Source of the DNA: a bacterium
GTDB taxonomy: Bacteria; UBA8248; JACPRG01; G963555815
Direction of reading: 5' to 3'
DNA length: 64,000 nucleotides
Assembly (NCBI GenBank): GCA_965261595.1
Contig: CBDHDG010000006.1
Location: forward strand, 1,504,001-1,568,000
In this document: piece by piece, positions 34,122 through 45,042 of the stretch
Position numbering within the stretch: position 1 is the first letter of the stretch
Layout of the letters: each line of letters opens with the position of its first letter
Made by a program: the position numbers and the translations under genes
The notes under the pieces: generated by a model
What the model was told of the DNA's origin: nothing
Seen by the model: the letters and a program-made list of their open reading frames with translations, nothing else
Database searches by the model: none

Positions 34122-37100
34122 ATGAAGCGCACGAGTGAGCAGGCATTCGAAACCGTGAACGAGGCGCATTTTCTGGCGAACGGCTATGTCTCCATCGTCG
34201 GAAACGGCTTCGACCGTGAGCGTGCGCTCTTTCCCGACACGATCCTCGCTTTCATCCGGGAGACCCAGCCGAAGGAGTGGGCCAAGCTGGAGTCGCTACA
34301 CGGCGACGGGACCGGTGAGCAGGTGCTCGGCGATCTCTGCAAGTGGATGGACATGCACGGCGCGCTCGCGACGCTCCGGCACGGGTTCAAGTGCTACGGC
34401 CGGACCCTCCGCGCGGCGTATTTCAAGCCGGCGCACGCGCTGAATCCCGAGCTTGAGGCCCGCTACGCCGCCAATCGCCAGGGATTCACCCGCCAACTCC
34501 ACTTCTCGCCGCGCTCCGAACAGTCGATCGACGTTACCCTGAGTCTGAACGGCATTCCGATGGTGACGCTGGAACTGAAGAATCTGCTGACGGGCCAGAC
34601 TGTCGAGGACGCGCGGCGGCAGTACCAGCGTGACCGCGATCCGCGCGAGCCCATCTTCGAGTTCAAGCGCCGCGCGTTGGTTCATTTCGCCGTGGACACC
34701 GAATCCGTTCTCATGACCACACGGCTGGCTGGCAAAGCGACGCATTTCCTGCCTTTCGACAAGGGATTCGAAGGCGCAGCCGGCAACCCGCCCGATCCGG
34801 CTGGCCGGACCTACCGAACGGCGTATCTGTGGGAAGAGGTCCTGCAGCGTGACAGCCTTCTCGACCTTCTCGCCCGCTTCATCCACTTGCAGATCGACGA
34901 GAAGTGCGACGATCAGGGCCGCAAAGTCAAGACGGAGACCATGATCTTCCCCCGTTACCATCAGCTTGAGGCAGTGCGGATGCTGGTGGACGCTGCGCGC
35001 AGCGACGGCGTGGGGCACAACTACCTCGTCGAGCATTCCGCCGGCAGCGGGAAGAGCAACACCATCGGATGGCTTGCCCATCGGCTTGCGTCCCTGCACG
35101 ATGCCGCCAACGAGCGCGTCTTCGACAGCGTGATCGTGGTCACCGACCGCGTCGTGCTCGATCAACAGCTCCAGGACACGATCTACCAGTTCGAGCACAA
35201 GCGCGGCGTCGTTCAGCGTATCGATCAAAGCTCGCGTCAGCTCGCCGAAGCGCTCGAGAATGCGGTGCCGGTGATCATCACGACGCTGCAGAAATTTCCC
35301 TTCGTCTCGCGCCATTTGCTCAAGTTGGCCGAGGAACGCGGGACGACCGGCACGGGAACGCTCACCACCCGCCGTTGCGCCGTCGTAGTCGACGAGGCCC
35401 ATAGCTCTCAGGGCGGCGAGACGGCAACGGATCTCAAGGAAGTGTTAGGCGGCGAGGAGCTTCACGAAGAAGCCAAGAGGCGCGCGGCCGAGGAAGGCCG
35501 GGAAGACATGGAAAAACTGTTCCGCAGCATGGCCAAGCGCGGCAAGCAGGCGAACCTGAGTTTCTTTGCCTTCACCGCCACCCCCAAGCACAAGACGCTC
35601 GCCGTGTTCGGCCGCGATGGGCGACCCGCGCACCGTTACACCATGCGGCAGGCGATCGAGGAGGAGTTCATTCTCGACGTGCTGAAGCACTACACCACGT
35701 ACGAGACGTACTTCAAGCTGCTCAAGGCGTGCGAGGACGATCCCAACGTCGAGCGCAAGAAGGCCGCACGGGCGCTGGCGCGGTTCATGAGTCTGCATCC
35801 GCACAACATCGCGCAGAAAACCGAGGTGATGGTCGAGCACTTCCAGGCCGTCACGCGGCACAAGATTGGCGGTCGGGCCAAGGCGATGGTCGTGACAGGA
35901 TCGCGCCTCGAAGCGGTTCGCTACAAGCAGAGCTTTGATCGCTACATTCAGGAGAAGGGCTACGCCATCAAGTCGCTGGTTGCCTTCTCGGGGAAGGTGC
36001 AGGACGACGAGATCGCGAACGTGACCTACACCGAGCCGGGCATGAACCAGGGCATCTCCGAGAAAGAGCTACCTGAGAAGTTCGCGACGCAGGAGTATCA
36101 AGTCCTGCTCGTCGCGGAGAAATACCAGACCGGATTCGACCAGCCGCTTCTCCACACGATGTACGTGGACAAACGGCTGGCGGGCATCCAGGCCGTGCAG
36201 GCGCTCTCGCGGCTGAACCGTGTGCATCCACGCAAGGAAGATACGTTCGTTCTCGACTTCGTCAACGACCGCGAGGAGATCCAGGAAGCCTTTAAGGCGT
36301 ACTACGAAGGCGCGAAGATGGGCGAGGAAGTAGACCCTGCACGCATGTACGCGATCAAGGCCGAGGTGGATGCGTCGGGTGTCTATCTCGATGAGGAGGT
36401 CGATCGGTTCTGCGCCGTTTACTTCAAGCCGAAGCGAAAGCAGAGCCCGTTGGACCACCAAACCATGAATGCCGCGCTCGATCCGGCGGTGTCACGCTTC
36501 ACCACCCGCCGTGACGACGATGAAGAAGAGGCGGAAGACTGGCGCGGCAAGGTTCGGGCATTCCTGAACTTGTACAGCTTCCTGAGCCAGGTGATTCCCT
36601 ACCAGGACTCCGACCTGGAGCGACTGTACGTGTTCTTACGCCATCTCGCGGCGAAATTGCCGCGTCGGAAGAGCGGACCTGCGTACCGCTTCGATGACGA
36701 CGTGCAGCTTGAGTACTACCGCCTGCAGAAGATCAGCGAAGGCTCCATTTCGCTCGAAGAGGGCGAGGTGCGGCCGCTCGATGGGCCAACGGAGGTCGGG
36801 ACCGGATTGGCGCGCCCGCAACCCATGCCGCTGTCGCAGCTTATCGACATCGTGAACGAGCGCTTCGGCACGGACTTCAATCAGGCCAATCAACTCTTCT
36901 TCGACCAGGTCGTTGAAGCGGCAATGGCCGACGACGGGGTACGACAGGCGGCAACGGTCAATCCCGGCGACAAGTTTAAGTTGGTGTTCAGGGGTTTGCT
37001 TGAGAATCTGTTCGCCGAACGCATGGATCAGAACGAAGACATCTTCGTGCGCTTCATGAACGACGAGCCATTTCGGAACGTGGTGACGGAATGGATGTCT

Positions 37101-37205
37101 TCGGAAGCATATCGGCGGCTGAGGGCTGAAGGTAGCAACAGGGGTTGTTCCGAATCGGACCTGCCTGAGGATCGTCGAACCCAAGCCGGTGGAACGGTAC
37201 GTTAA
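34122..37205 (+). CDS. hsdR: Type I restriction endonuclease subunit R
   Basis: [47 protein letters not shown]. Confidence 0.95.
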   Translation: MKRTSEQAFETVNEAHFLANGYVSIVGNGFDRERALFPDTILAFIRETQPKEWAKLESLHGDGTGEQVLGDLCKWMDMHGALATLRHGFKCYGRTLRAAYFKPAHALNPELEARYAANRQGFTRQLHFSPRSEQSIDVTLSLNGIPMVTLELKNLLTGQTVEDARRQYQRDRDPREPIFEFKRRALVHFAVDTESVLMTTRLAGKATHFLPFDKGFEGAAGNPPDPAGRTYRTAYLWEEVLQRDSLLDLLARFIHLQIDEKCDDQGRKVKTETMIFPRYHQLEAVRMLVDAARSDGVGHNYLVEHSAGSGKSNTIGWLAHRLASLHDAANERVFDSVIVVTDRVVLDQQLQDTIYQFEHKRGVVQRIDQSSRQLAEALENAVPVIITTLQKFPFVSRHLLKLAEERGTTGTGTLTTRRCAVVVDEAHSSQGGETATDLKEVLGGEELHEEAKRRAAEEGREDMEKLFRSMAKRGKQANLSFFAFTATPKHKTLAVFGRDGRPAHRYTMRQAIEEEFILDVLKHYTTYETYFKLLKACEDDPNVERKKAARALARFMSLHPHNIAQKTEVMVEHFQAVTRHKIGGRAKAMVVTGSRLEAVRYKQSFDRYIQEKGYAIKSLVAFSGKVQDDEIANVTYTEPGMNQGISEKELPEKFATQEYQVLLVAEKYQTGFDQPLLHTMYVDKRLAGIQAVQALSRLNRVHPRKEDTFVLDFVNDREEIQEAFKAYYEGAKMGEEVDPARMYAIKAEVDASGVYLDEEVDRFCAVYFKPKRKQSPLDHQTMNAALDPAVSRFTTRRDDDEEEAEDWRGKVRAFLNLYSFLSQVIPYQDSDLERLYVFLRHLAAKLPRRKSGPAYRFDDDVQLEYYRLQKISEGSISLEEGEVRPLDGPTEVGTGLARPQPMPLSQLIDIVNERFGTDFNQANQLFFDQVVEAAMADDGVRQAATVNPGDKFKLVFRGLLENLFAERMDQNEDIFVRFMNDEPFRNVVTEWMSSEAYRRLRAEGSNRGCSESDLPEDRRTQAGGTVR

Positions 37206-37656
37206 CTGCGTCCCTCTGGTCCCTCTCAGTGCCGTAGCTGACGCTTCCAGCGACATCCAGCACATCGACGACGATGATTTTGAGTGGGTGGCGGCAGAGT
37301 CCAGATATCGCCTCCGCCGAGGCATGTTCGTCGCCCAGGTGATTGGCAAGTCGATGATGGAATCGGCCATCCCCGACGGTGCGTACTGCCTTTTTCGAGC
37401 GCCGGTGGAGGGCACGCGCCAGGGCAAGACCGTGCTCGTCCAGATGCGAGACGATACTGACCCCGAAAGCGGCCAGCGTTACACGGTCAAGCGCTACCAG
37501 AGTGAGAAGGTGGCCGATGGAGACTCGTGGCGCCACTCGAAGATAACGCTGAACCCGTTCAATCCAGACTTCCAGCCGATCGTCCTGACCGGTGCGGACG
37601 AGGACCAGTTTCAGGTTATTGCCGAGGTCGTTGAGGTACTTGGGGACAGCAAGTGA
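37165..37656 (+). CDS. S24 (LexA/CI-like) peptidase domain, probably the frameshifted C-terminus of HsdR
   Basis: FVAQV.GKSM..IPDG and YTVKRY Ser-Lys dyad, L.PFNPDF.PI; overlaps the hsdR end. Confidence 0.8.
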   Translation: MRIVEPKPVERYVNCVPLVPLSAVADASSDIQHIDDDDFEWVAAESRYRLRRGMFVAQVIGKSMMESAIPDGAYCLFRAPVEGTRQGKTVLVQMRDDTDPESGQRYTVKRYQSEKVADGDSWRHSKITLNPFNPDFQPIVLTGADEDQFQVIAEVVEVLGDSK

Positions 37657-37829
37657 TCTCCGAGGCCTGCGAATCTGATCTTGTCGTCGCCCCAACGAGC
37701 GGTGGCCCCGTCCGCCCTAAGATGAACGGTGTCCAAAACGACGATCTGAACAATACCTACTGCCGAACACCGCATCAGAACCGAGAAAGTATCACATCGC
37801 ACGCCGCAACGTGGAGATTACCCCGAAGC

Positions 37830-37990
37830 TTCGCGACGCGACAGTCGATCCGATTGGCGGGAGCCTTGAAGAGATCGTTGGCGAGGTGGGCATAGCGAAC
37901 CGTCGTCTGCATCTTCGAATCGATCCCCGCTTCGGCGAACCGCTTAATGTATCGGATCGACGGATACTGCACGCCACGATCGCTATGATA
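37830..37990 (-). pseudogene. Fused remnants of an IS3 transposase and a tyrosine integrase C-terminus
   Basis: VYHSDRGVQY followed by MQTTVRYAHLA. Confidence 0.6.
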
Positions 37991-38089
37991 GACCAAGTCT
38001 CCGGCGCCACGGTGGTCGTATAACTGACATCCGCCACCGTAGAGCTTGTTCGGACATCTACGGACAGGATTTTCGTCGTAAGTCGCCTA

Positions 38090-38680
38090 CGCAAATTTAA
38101 ATCTCGAGTTGACGCGAGCTCCAATCGACGACCATTCAGTGTGACGAGATATGGTCGTACATCTACGCCAAGACGAAGAACGTCAAAACCGCCAAGTCTC
38201 CCCCGTACTACGCCGGCGATTCGTGGACCTAGTTGGCGCTCGATGCGGACAGCCGGTTGGTCATCTCGTACTTGGTCGGCACCAGGGAGGTCTCCTGCGG
38301 GGTGGAGTTCACAACCGAAAACCCTCAACCAACGTGGACCTAAACCAGGGGGAAGGTCCAAGGACCTGGCGACGCGCCTAGCGCAGCGGGTCCAACTGAC
38401 CACGGACGGATACATTGCTTATCCCGAGGCGGTGTACGCCGCCTTCGGGAAGGAAGTGGACTTCGGGGTGTTGGTGAAGGAGTTCGAGAAGGGGGACCCC
38501 CACTACTTCCAGAACGTGGGGTACGGCCTCCCGGACCCCCCAAGGTTTCGACGTCATACGCCGAGCGGCAGAATTTCTCAATGAGGACGAGGATGCGCCA
38601 CTTCACCCGGAAGACGAACGGGTATTCGAAGAGCCTGACCCACCATGCCTCAAGGAGGCCACGCAGGTGGAATTCAAATT
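38090..38680 (+). pseudogene. IS1-family transposase remnant
   Basis: IQCDEIWSY, LALDADSRLVISYLVG, VQLTTDG, STSYAERQN, FTRKTNGYSK across several frames. Confidence 0.8.
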
Positions 38681-38839
38681 GGCGGCTTGAAAGGGGTAGC
38701 TGAAAGTGGTTGACACAACATGGCACAACCTCCAATTATTCCGGGTGGAACGTCGGAGGTCCTGCGAGGCTTCCCGGAAGGGAGATAGAATTGCAGTCCA
38801 TCGACCAGAAGCGGAATGGGTGAAGAAAGGAGATTCACA

Positions 38840-39220
38840 ATGGGCTTGTCAGTAGATTCAGCTATACGAATGGTCGTAGAGATCAACAGAAATGAAATAG
38901 AGAGGCGCTTTCGGAATGCTACAATGCTCCGTCGAAATTTCGAAAGAATTGCGGCTGAGCAGGAAAGTTTCACCAATCAAGTTTCGAGGGCTTTGGCTGA
39001 ACGGGAAAGACTCATCAATCAAGTTTCGAGCAGTATTGCGGCTGATGGGGAAAAGCTCAGGAAGCTGGCATTGTGTGTCAACTGGCAACCTGCTCTTCTC
39101 TTCACTTCATCCCCCACTCGAGCCAAAAAACTGCAGGAACCTCAAAAGATAAACAGAAACACTGCCGATCCGGTTCTTCATTTCATCCTGAATCCGGTCC
39201 GGAAGTTCCTGGCTGGTTGA
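38840..39220 (+). CDS. Hypothetical protein, low GC
   Basis: AAGGAG RBS before ATG; coiled-coil-like. Confidence 0.4.
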   Translation: MGLSVDSAIRMVVEINRNEIERRFRNATMLRRNFERIAAEQESFTNQVSRALAERERLINQVSSSIAADGEKLRKLALCVNWQPALLFTSSPTRAKKLQEPQKINRNTADPVLHFILNPVRKFLAG

Positions 39221-39777
39221 AAAAGGAGAAGAAATTGGAATACGTTCAGTTTTCACGTCCGATTACTACCCCAGGCGCGCAAGATCTTTTAGGGAAAATT
39301 GTGGAACTCAACAAGGTGAAAGGAGAGGAGAATTTCACGGTACTGATGAGCAGTCCAGGAGGGCAGGTGGCAACGGGGATAGAATGCTACCAAACCCTAA
39401 AGGCCCTACCTTTCAATATCACGATGCACAACACCAGCCAAGTTGATTCAGTCGCTAATATAATGTTTTTGGCCGCCGACAGACGGCTGGCTTGTGAATC
39501 CAGCACCTTTCTTTTCCACGGTGTTGGGATCGATTTTAATACGCCTACCAGGCTTGAAGAGAGAGCCGCTAAGGAAACGCTTGAAAGTCTTAGGCGAGAC
39601 AACTCCAATTTGGCTAATATCATCGCCGCTCGCACGAAGCTGAAGCCCGATATGGTTTCTAGGCTTTTTAGAGAACAACATGTTCATGACTCCGAATGGG
39701 CATTGGAAAATGGTCTAATTAACGGAATAGAGGACCCGAAAATTCAATCTGGAAGTGAAATACATCAACTCTTGTGA
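39217..39777 (+). CDS. ClpP-like (S14) peptidase
   Basis: MSSPGGQV, VDSVA (Ser), FLFHG (His), ALENGLI; start uncertain. Confidence 0.82.
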   Translation: MKKEKKLEYVQFSRPITTPGAQDLLGKIVELNKVKGEENFTVLMSSPGGQVATGIECYQTLKALPFNITMHNTSQVDSVANIMFLAADRRLACESSTFLFHGVGIDFNTPTRLEERAAKETLESLRRDNSNLANIIAARTKLKPDMVSRLFREQHVHDSEWALENGLINGIEDPKIQSGSEIHQLL

Positions 39778-39831
39778 TTGCTTTTTTGCTCCCTCCCCCC
39801 TCCAATTTCAAAATCAGTCAATACCCGCACA

Positions 39832-41100
39832 TCACCCCGTTGGCCGGAACTCCCGCGCCGCCGGTATTCCCGCCTGTATCAGTTCGTCGATGCGGTCGTC
39901 GATCCGCTGGGTGCTCTCGCGCAGCTGCTCCATGGTCCAGTCGGCGGCATAGCCCTCGGTCACGTCCGAGGGCCGTGCATGATTGACCAGCCGCTTCGTC
40001 AAACTGTTCGGCAGCATCAGCTCGCGGTCGGCCACCGTGATGAAACAGTTGCGGAAGGCATGGAACCAGAACCTAGCGCCGCCCGCCTCGCCGATCCGGG
40101 CATTGAGGTGCTGCATACTATTGAGCCTGCCCGACCTGCTCGTCTCAGACGGGAACACCCAGGACCTGGTGTGCTCGGGGAAGCGTTCGCGCTCGGACAG
40201 CCGGCGTTCGAGGATGGCGGCGAGTTGGCGGGTGACGGGCAGTTCCAGCGGCTCGCTGGTTTTGGTCTCCTCGACACGCAAGGTCATGGCCTCCAGGTTC
40301 ACCTGCTCCCATCGCAGGCCGAGCACCTCGTCGCGGCGCATGCCGGTGTAGAGGCCGAAGCGGAAGGCGTCGCGGCCCACGGGGTTGCGCACCGCCGTCT
40401 CGATGCCCTTGTGCCAGCGGGGCAGGACCTCGGCCGGGGGCGGGATACTGCGCCGGCGCACTCGGTTGGGTCGCCCGCCGGCGGCGCGCCACTGGTCCAC
40501 GGGGTTGTGCAGCCCCTCGAAGTCGATGCACTGGCGCCGGTAGAGAGCCCGCAGCATCTTGACCGCATTGTTGGCCTGGACCCATCCAGCCTCGCGGGTG
40601 AGGCGGTTGAAGCACTGCTCGACCTCCTTGCGGGAGATGGTGTCGAGGGGACGGTCGAGCCACGTACCGAGGTCGCGGTAGACGGTGTTGCGGTAGCAGT
40701 CGAGGGTGCTCTTCCTGCGCTCGGGACCGACGGCGAGATAGTCCTCGAAGGCCTCGCGCAGGGTGGGCATGGCGCGGGAGCGGGCGCGGTCTCCGGCCGG
40801 GTCCTCGCCGGCGGCGACGCGTCCGAGGATCTCCTGCGCGTTCCGCCTTGCCTGTTCGGGGGTGATGCGTCCATGCCGTCCGACGACGATGCGCCGGTTG
40901 GCGGCCTTTCGTCCGCCGTCTCCGGCGCGGTAGTTTACAATGTAGGATCTGGTTCCGGAGGGCTGGACCCGGACGCCGAAGCCCGTCAGCTTGTCGTCCC
41001 ACGCGATCCATGGCTTGTCGGCGGGCTTGAGGGCGTCGACCGCGCGTTTGCTGAGGGTGAGCTTGACGTTTGCGGTTCGCTTGGCGGACTGTGTTGACAT
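39832..41100 (-). CDS. Tyrosine recombinase/integrase with arm-binding domain
   Basis: WDDKLTGFGVRV arm domain; TGMRRDE, KT, HAFR, NH, Y catalytic set. Confidence 0.93.
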   Translation of the reverse strand: MSTQSAKRTANVKLTLSKRAVDALKPADKPWIAWDDKLTGFGVRVQPSGTRSYIVNYRAGDGGRKAANRRIVVGRHGRITPEQARRNAQEILGRVAAGEDPAGDRARSRAMPTLREAFEDYLAVGPERRKSTLDCYRNTVYRDLGTWLDRPLDTISRKEVEQCFNRLTREAGWVQANNAVKMLRALYRRQCIDFEGLHNPVDQWRAAGGRPNRVRRRSIPPPAEVLPRWHKGIETAVRNPVGRDAFRFGLYTGMRRDEVLGLRWEQVNLEAMTLRVEETKTSEPLELPVTRQLAAILERRLSERERFPEHTRSWVFPSETSRSGRLNSMQHLNARIGEAGGARFWFHAFRNCFITVADRELMLPNSLTKRLVNHARPSDVTEGYAADWTMEQLRESTQRIDDRIDELIQAGIPAAREFRPTG

Positions 41101-41291
41101 AATGATTTTCTCCCTGAAATGGCCTGAGAGTCATCATATCAATCAACACCAAAAAGTCAATACCAGCGTATATCTTCACGCCCGTGTCGCGGATGATTTT
41201 GACATGATCCGTATAATATTCTGAATTATATGTACCAATGACGTTCCTATCGCGTGCCCACGCAGCCGTGCGCAGTATTGCCATTTAAACA

Positions 41292-41711
41292 TTCGGACTC
41301 AATCGCGCTGAAGTGATCGGCCGCCTCGGCGCCGACGTCACCGTCAACCACCTCACCAGCGGCGGACGCGTCGCGAACCTGTCGATCGCCACCGACGAGG
41401 GCTACATCGACAAGCAGACCGGAGACCGGGTCGACAAGACCGAGTGGCACCGGGTCGTGACCTTCCAGCCCGGGCTGGTGGACATGTTCGAGAAGCACGC
41501 GACGAAGGGCCGGCTGGTCTATGTGGCGGGCAAGCTGCAGACCCGTCGCTGGAAGAAGGACGACGAGGACTCCGACCGGTTCTCGACCGAGATCCTGCTG
41601 GTTCCGGGCGGGCGCGTGCAGTTCCTCGACAAGCCCAACGGCAACGGCGCGCCGGTGTCGGATCCGGAGACGCCGTCCGCCGAAGCGCCCATGGACGACA
41701 TCCCGTTCTGA
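41292..41711 (+). CDS. ssb: Single-stranded DNA-binding protein (native start codon appears lost)
   Basis: LNRAEVIGRLGAD, TEWHRVV, KG.LVYV.GKLQTRRW, DDIPF tail. Confidence 0.92.
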   Translation, partial: FGLNRAEVIGRLGADVTVNHLTSGGRVANLSIATDEGYIDKQTGDRVDKTEWHRVVTFQPGLVDMFEKHATKGRLVYVAGKLQTRRWKKDDEDSDRFSTEILLVPGGRVQFLDKPNGNGAPVSDPETPSAEAPMDDIPF

Positions 41712-41905
41712 GCGCGCATTCCGTTTCCTCCCTCTACCTGGGCCGGCGCTTCGCGCGTCGGCCCTTTTTCTTGCTGCCCGTTCCGAGACAGCGCCCGTTC
41801 GCGCCTCGCGCCAGCGCTGCGCGCGGCGCTTCGTCCTCCGGCGCCGGCCGGAGGCGGAGACCGGCCGGTATCGGGCGTTCCCCGTTCATCCAGAGGAGGC
41901 CCGTC

Positions 41906-42937
41906 ATGCCGCCCCCATCGTCCCGTTCCGCATCTCCCGCCGCCGACATCGCCGCCGCGCTCGGCGCGTGCGCCGAGGCCGTCTGCCGGCGTTACCTGCC
42001 CCAGGGCAAAAAGCAAGGCCGGTACTGGGTCGCCGGCGATCTCGAAGGCGCTCGCGGCCGCTCGCTCTTCGTCCGCCTGCACGGTCCCGGCGTCCCCGGG
42101 AAGTGGACCGACGCGGCCACCGGAGAGCACGGCGACCTGCTCGATCTCGTCCGGCATCGCTCGGGCGCGCCGACGCTTCGCGCGGCGCTCGCCGAGGCCC
42201 GCGCCTTCCTCGCCCTGCCGGCTCCGCCGGCGTCGGGCGGGAGCTACGACGCAACAGAAGCGGCCCGCCGCCTCTGGCGGCGTTGCCGCGCCATCGACGG
42301 CACCCATGCCGAAGCCTACCTCCACGCCCGCGGACTCGCGCGCTGCCGGTTCCCGGCATTGCGCTTCCATCCCGAGCTTCGCTATCGCGAAGGCTCTTCC
42401 CTGCGCCGTTTTCCGGCGCTGGTCGCCGCCGTGACCGGCGACGACGGCGCCATCCACGGCGTGCAGCGCACCTGGCTCGATTCGCGCTTGCCCGCCAAGG
42501 CGGACGTCGCGGCCCCGCGCAAGGCGCTCGGCCGCATCCACGGACGCGCCGTGTGCTTCGGCAGGCCCGCCGACGGCGCTTCGCTGCTCGTCGGCGAAGG
42601 CATCGAGACGGTGCTGTCGATCGTCACCGCGGCGCCCGGGGTCATTTCGGCGGCCGCGCTCTCGGCCGGAAGCCTCGGCGCCTTCGTGCCGCCTGCCGGG
42701 CTCAAACAGCTCGTCATCGCCCGGGACAACGATTCCGAGGGGGAGCGGGCCGCCCAACGCCTCGCCCGGCGCTGCGCGCGGGCGGGCGTCGCCGCCCACG
42801 TCATCGTCTCCGAATACGGCGACTTCAACGACGACCTCGTTACTCTCGGACCCCGGGCCCTGGCCCTTCGGCTCGCCGCCCTGTTCCCCGCGCCGCAGCG
42901 GGTCGGAGAGAGGGAGGGAAGAGCGGGGGAGGGATGA
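41906..42937 (+). CDS. Toprim-domain primase-like protein of mobile elements
   Basis: GKWTDAATGEHGDLLDL, VGEGIET, ARDND, DFNDDL; GAGGAGG RBS. Confidence 0.85.
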   Translation: MPPPSSRSASPAADIAAALGACAEAVCRRYLPQGKKQGRYWVAGDLEGARGRSLFVRLHGPGVPGKWTDAATGEHGDLLDLVRHRSGAPTLRAALAEARAFLALPAPPASGGSYDATEAARRLWRRCRAIDGTHAEAYLHARGLARCRFPALRFHPELRYREGSSLRRFPALVAAVTGDDGAIHGVQRTWLDSRLPAKADVAAPRKALGRIHGRAVCFGRPADGASLLVGEGIETVLSIVTAAPGVISAAALSAGSLGAFVPPAGLKQLVIARDNDSEGERAAQRLARRCARAGVAAHVIVSEYGDFNDDLVTLGPRALALRLAALFPAPQRVGEREGRAGEG

Positions 42938-43485
42938 ACGGATCCAAAGGAGAAAGAGAGCATGGCGCACATCGTCAATCTCAGGCATGCGCCAGCCCTG
43001 CGGGCGGCGCTCGCGGCCCTTCACGGCAAGCCGCTGGCCTTCTGATGCGCGCCGCTGCCCTGCCATGGGCAGGTCCTCGCCCGCGCCGCGCGGCATGGGC
43101 GGCCTCCGTTCTGGCGGAACGGAGGGGAGAGTGAAGCGCGAGAGGGGCGAACGCCGCGAGGAGGGAGAGAGAGGGCCCCGGGCATCGGCAACACGGAAGG
43201 AGAACCGAAATGCAATCCGTTACCTTCAGGAGCATCGCCCGTACGAGTCGAGGGTCTACCACCATGGCAATCTCGCCGGCGAGGTTGCGGAGCCACTCGT
43301 CGATACGCGTCCGTTGCGGTGACGGGCCATGCCGTCTTCGGGCGATCCCTTCGGGCCGGGCTCTCCGCTGCAATCTCCGCTCCGCTCCGATTTTCGCTTC
43401 TATCCCTATCGCCTCCGCTCGCTGGCGCTCGCTGCGCGCTCCTGTACCTCTTATAAGTGACTCTGCGCTTCAATAGCACGGAATT

Positions 43486-43636
43486 GGGCAGGCCGCCGGG
43501 AGCAACCCTTGCGCGCTCAGTGCCATCAGCACCTCAAGCGGACAGGTGCCCCGGCGGTCCTGCCACGACGGATGCCCCGTGAGGAGTTAGCGCCTTGAGC
43601 GCCAAGTACAGGAGTCGGCAGGCGTCGTGGCAGGCC
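43486..43636 (+). ncRNA. Predicted IS110 bridge RNA (target-binding and donor-binding loops)
   Basis: Two stem-closed loops, each with an internal hairpin; four 8-9 nt segments match target and donor junctions; RNA ends approximate. Confidence 0.85.
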
Positions 43637-43671
43637 CAGCCACCATCGCACAGATTAGGGAGGGAGACGAA

Positions 43672-45042
43672 TTGGCAGATCTCAAGTGGTTTGTCGGAAT
43701 CGATTGGGGGTCCCGAATCCACCAGGCCTGCATCCTCGACGCGAACGGCGACGTTCGAGCCGAGCATGCGTTCGCCCACGGCGGCGCCGGTTTCGCCGCG
43801 TTGACGGACTGGATTCTGTCCGGCACCGAGGAGGCGCCGGCGGACCAGGTCGGCGTGGCCATCGAGACGCCTCGCGGACCCGTGGTCGAAACGCTCCTCG
43901 GATGCGGCTTCGCCGTTCACTCCATCAACCCCAGGCAACTGGACCGCTTCCGCGACCGTTACTCGCACGCCGGGGCGAAGGACGATCGTCGCGACGCCCT
44001 GGTGCTGGCGTCGGCGCTACGCACCGACCCGCACCGGCTGCTGCGGGTCAAACCAACGGCTCCCGCAATCGTCGAGCTGCGCGAGTGGTCCCGCATCGTC
44101 GAGAGCCTGACGCGCGAGCGGGTGCGCCTGTCCAATCGCATGTGCGACCAGCTCTGGCGTTACTACCCCGAGTTCATCAATGTCGTGGAGGACTTCAATG
44201 TTCACTGGGCACTGGCCCTTTGGAACCGCGTGCCGACGCCCGCGGCCGTGCGCGGCGTCCGGCTTTCCACGCTCGAGAAGCTTCTGAAAAAGCACCGCGT
44301 TCGACGTATCACCGCCGAGGAGCTCCGCGACCAGCTTACCGCGCGCGCCATCGACATCGACCCCAGCGCAATACGCGCCGCCGAGACCCACGCCCGCATC
44401 ATTGCGAAGCAGCTTGCGCTCGTGAACCAGCAGTTGACAGAGGCCAACTCACGTCTCGAGGCGCTCGTCACCCAGCTCGCCGAAGCCGCCCCCGATCCGG
44501 ACGAAAGTTCCGAACCGGGGCAACACAAAGAACAGCGTGACGTGGCTATCCTGCGTTCTCTGCCCGGAGTCGGCACGGTTATCCTCGCCACGCTGTTCGC
44601 AGAGGCCGATGACGCTCTGCAGCGCCGAGACTACCACGCGCTGCGCTGCTTGTGCGGCGTGGCGCCCGTCACCAAGCGCTCCGGCAAGAGCATGCGCGTC
44701 TCCCTCAGACGCGCCGCGCATCGTCGCCTGCGCAATGCCACCTACCATTGGGCACGCGTGGCCATGCAGAAGGACCCCGTCTGCAAAGCCAAGTACCAGG
44801 TGCTTCGCTCCCGAGGCCACGGCCACGCCCGTTCGCTGCGCTCCGTCGCAGACCGCCTCCTCAATGTCGCCTGCGCCATGCTTCGCGACCAGACACTGTT
44901 CGACCCGCAGCACGCCAGCGCTGCAGCAGGTTCACACCGCGAAGCGGTCAATGGAATCTCAATTGAATCATCTGTTGTTGGTCCTGTGGAGCTTGTGGGC
45001 GAGAGGGGCGAGAGTGTGGGCAACGCGGTGGGCAACGCGTAA
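43672..45042 (+). CDS. IS110 DEDD recombinase/transposase
   Basis: VGIDWG, AIE, KDDRRDA; C-terminal SLPGVG and APVTKRSGK (Ser); GGAGGGAG RBS before TTG. Confidence 0.95.
   Translation: MADLKWFVGIDWGSRIHQACILDANGDVRAEHAFAHGGAGFAALTDWILSGTEEAPADQVGVAIETPRGPVVETLLGCGFAVHSINPRQLDRFRDRYSHAGAKDDRRDALVLASALRTDPHRLLRVKPTAPAIVELREWSRIVESLTRERVRLSNRMCDQLWRYYPEFINVVEDFNVHWALALWNRVPTPAAVRGVRLSTLEKLLKKHRVRRITAEELRDQLTARAIDIDPSAIRAAETHARIIAKQLALVNQQLTEANSRLEALVTQLAEAAPDPDESSEPGQHKEQRDVAILRSLPGVGTVILATLFAEADDALQRRDYHALRCLCGVAPVTKRSGKSMRVSLRRAAHRRLRNATYHWARVAMQKDPVCKAKYQVLRSRGHGHARSLRSVADRLLNVACAMLRDQTLFDPQHASAAAGSHREAVNGISIESSVVGPVELVGERGESVGNAVGNA

Noticed and set aside
41519..43134. Overlapping 525-aa and 537-aa ORFs
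   Set aside because: Off-frame or antisense shadows of ssb and the Toprim gene
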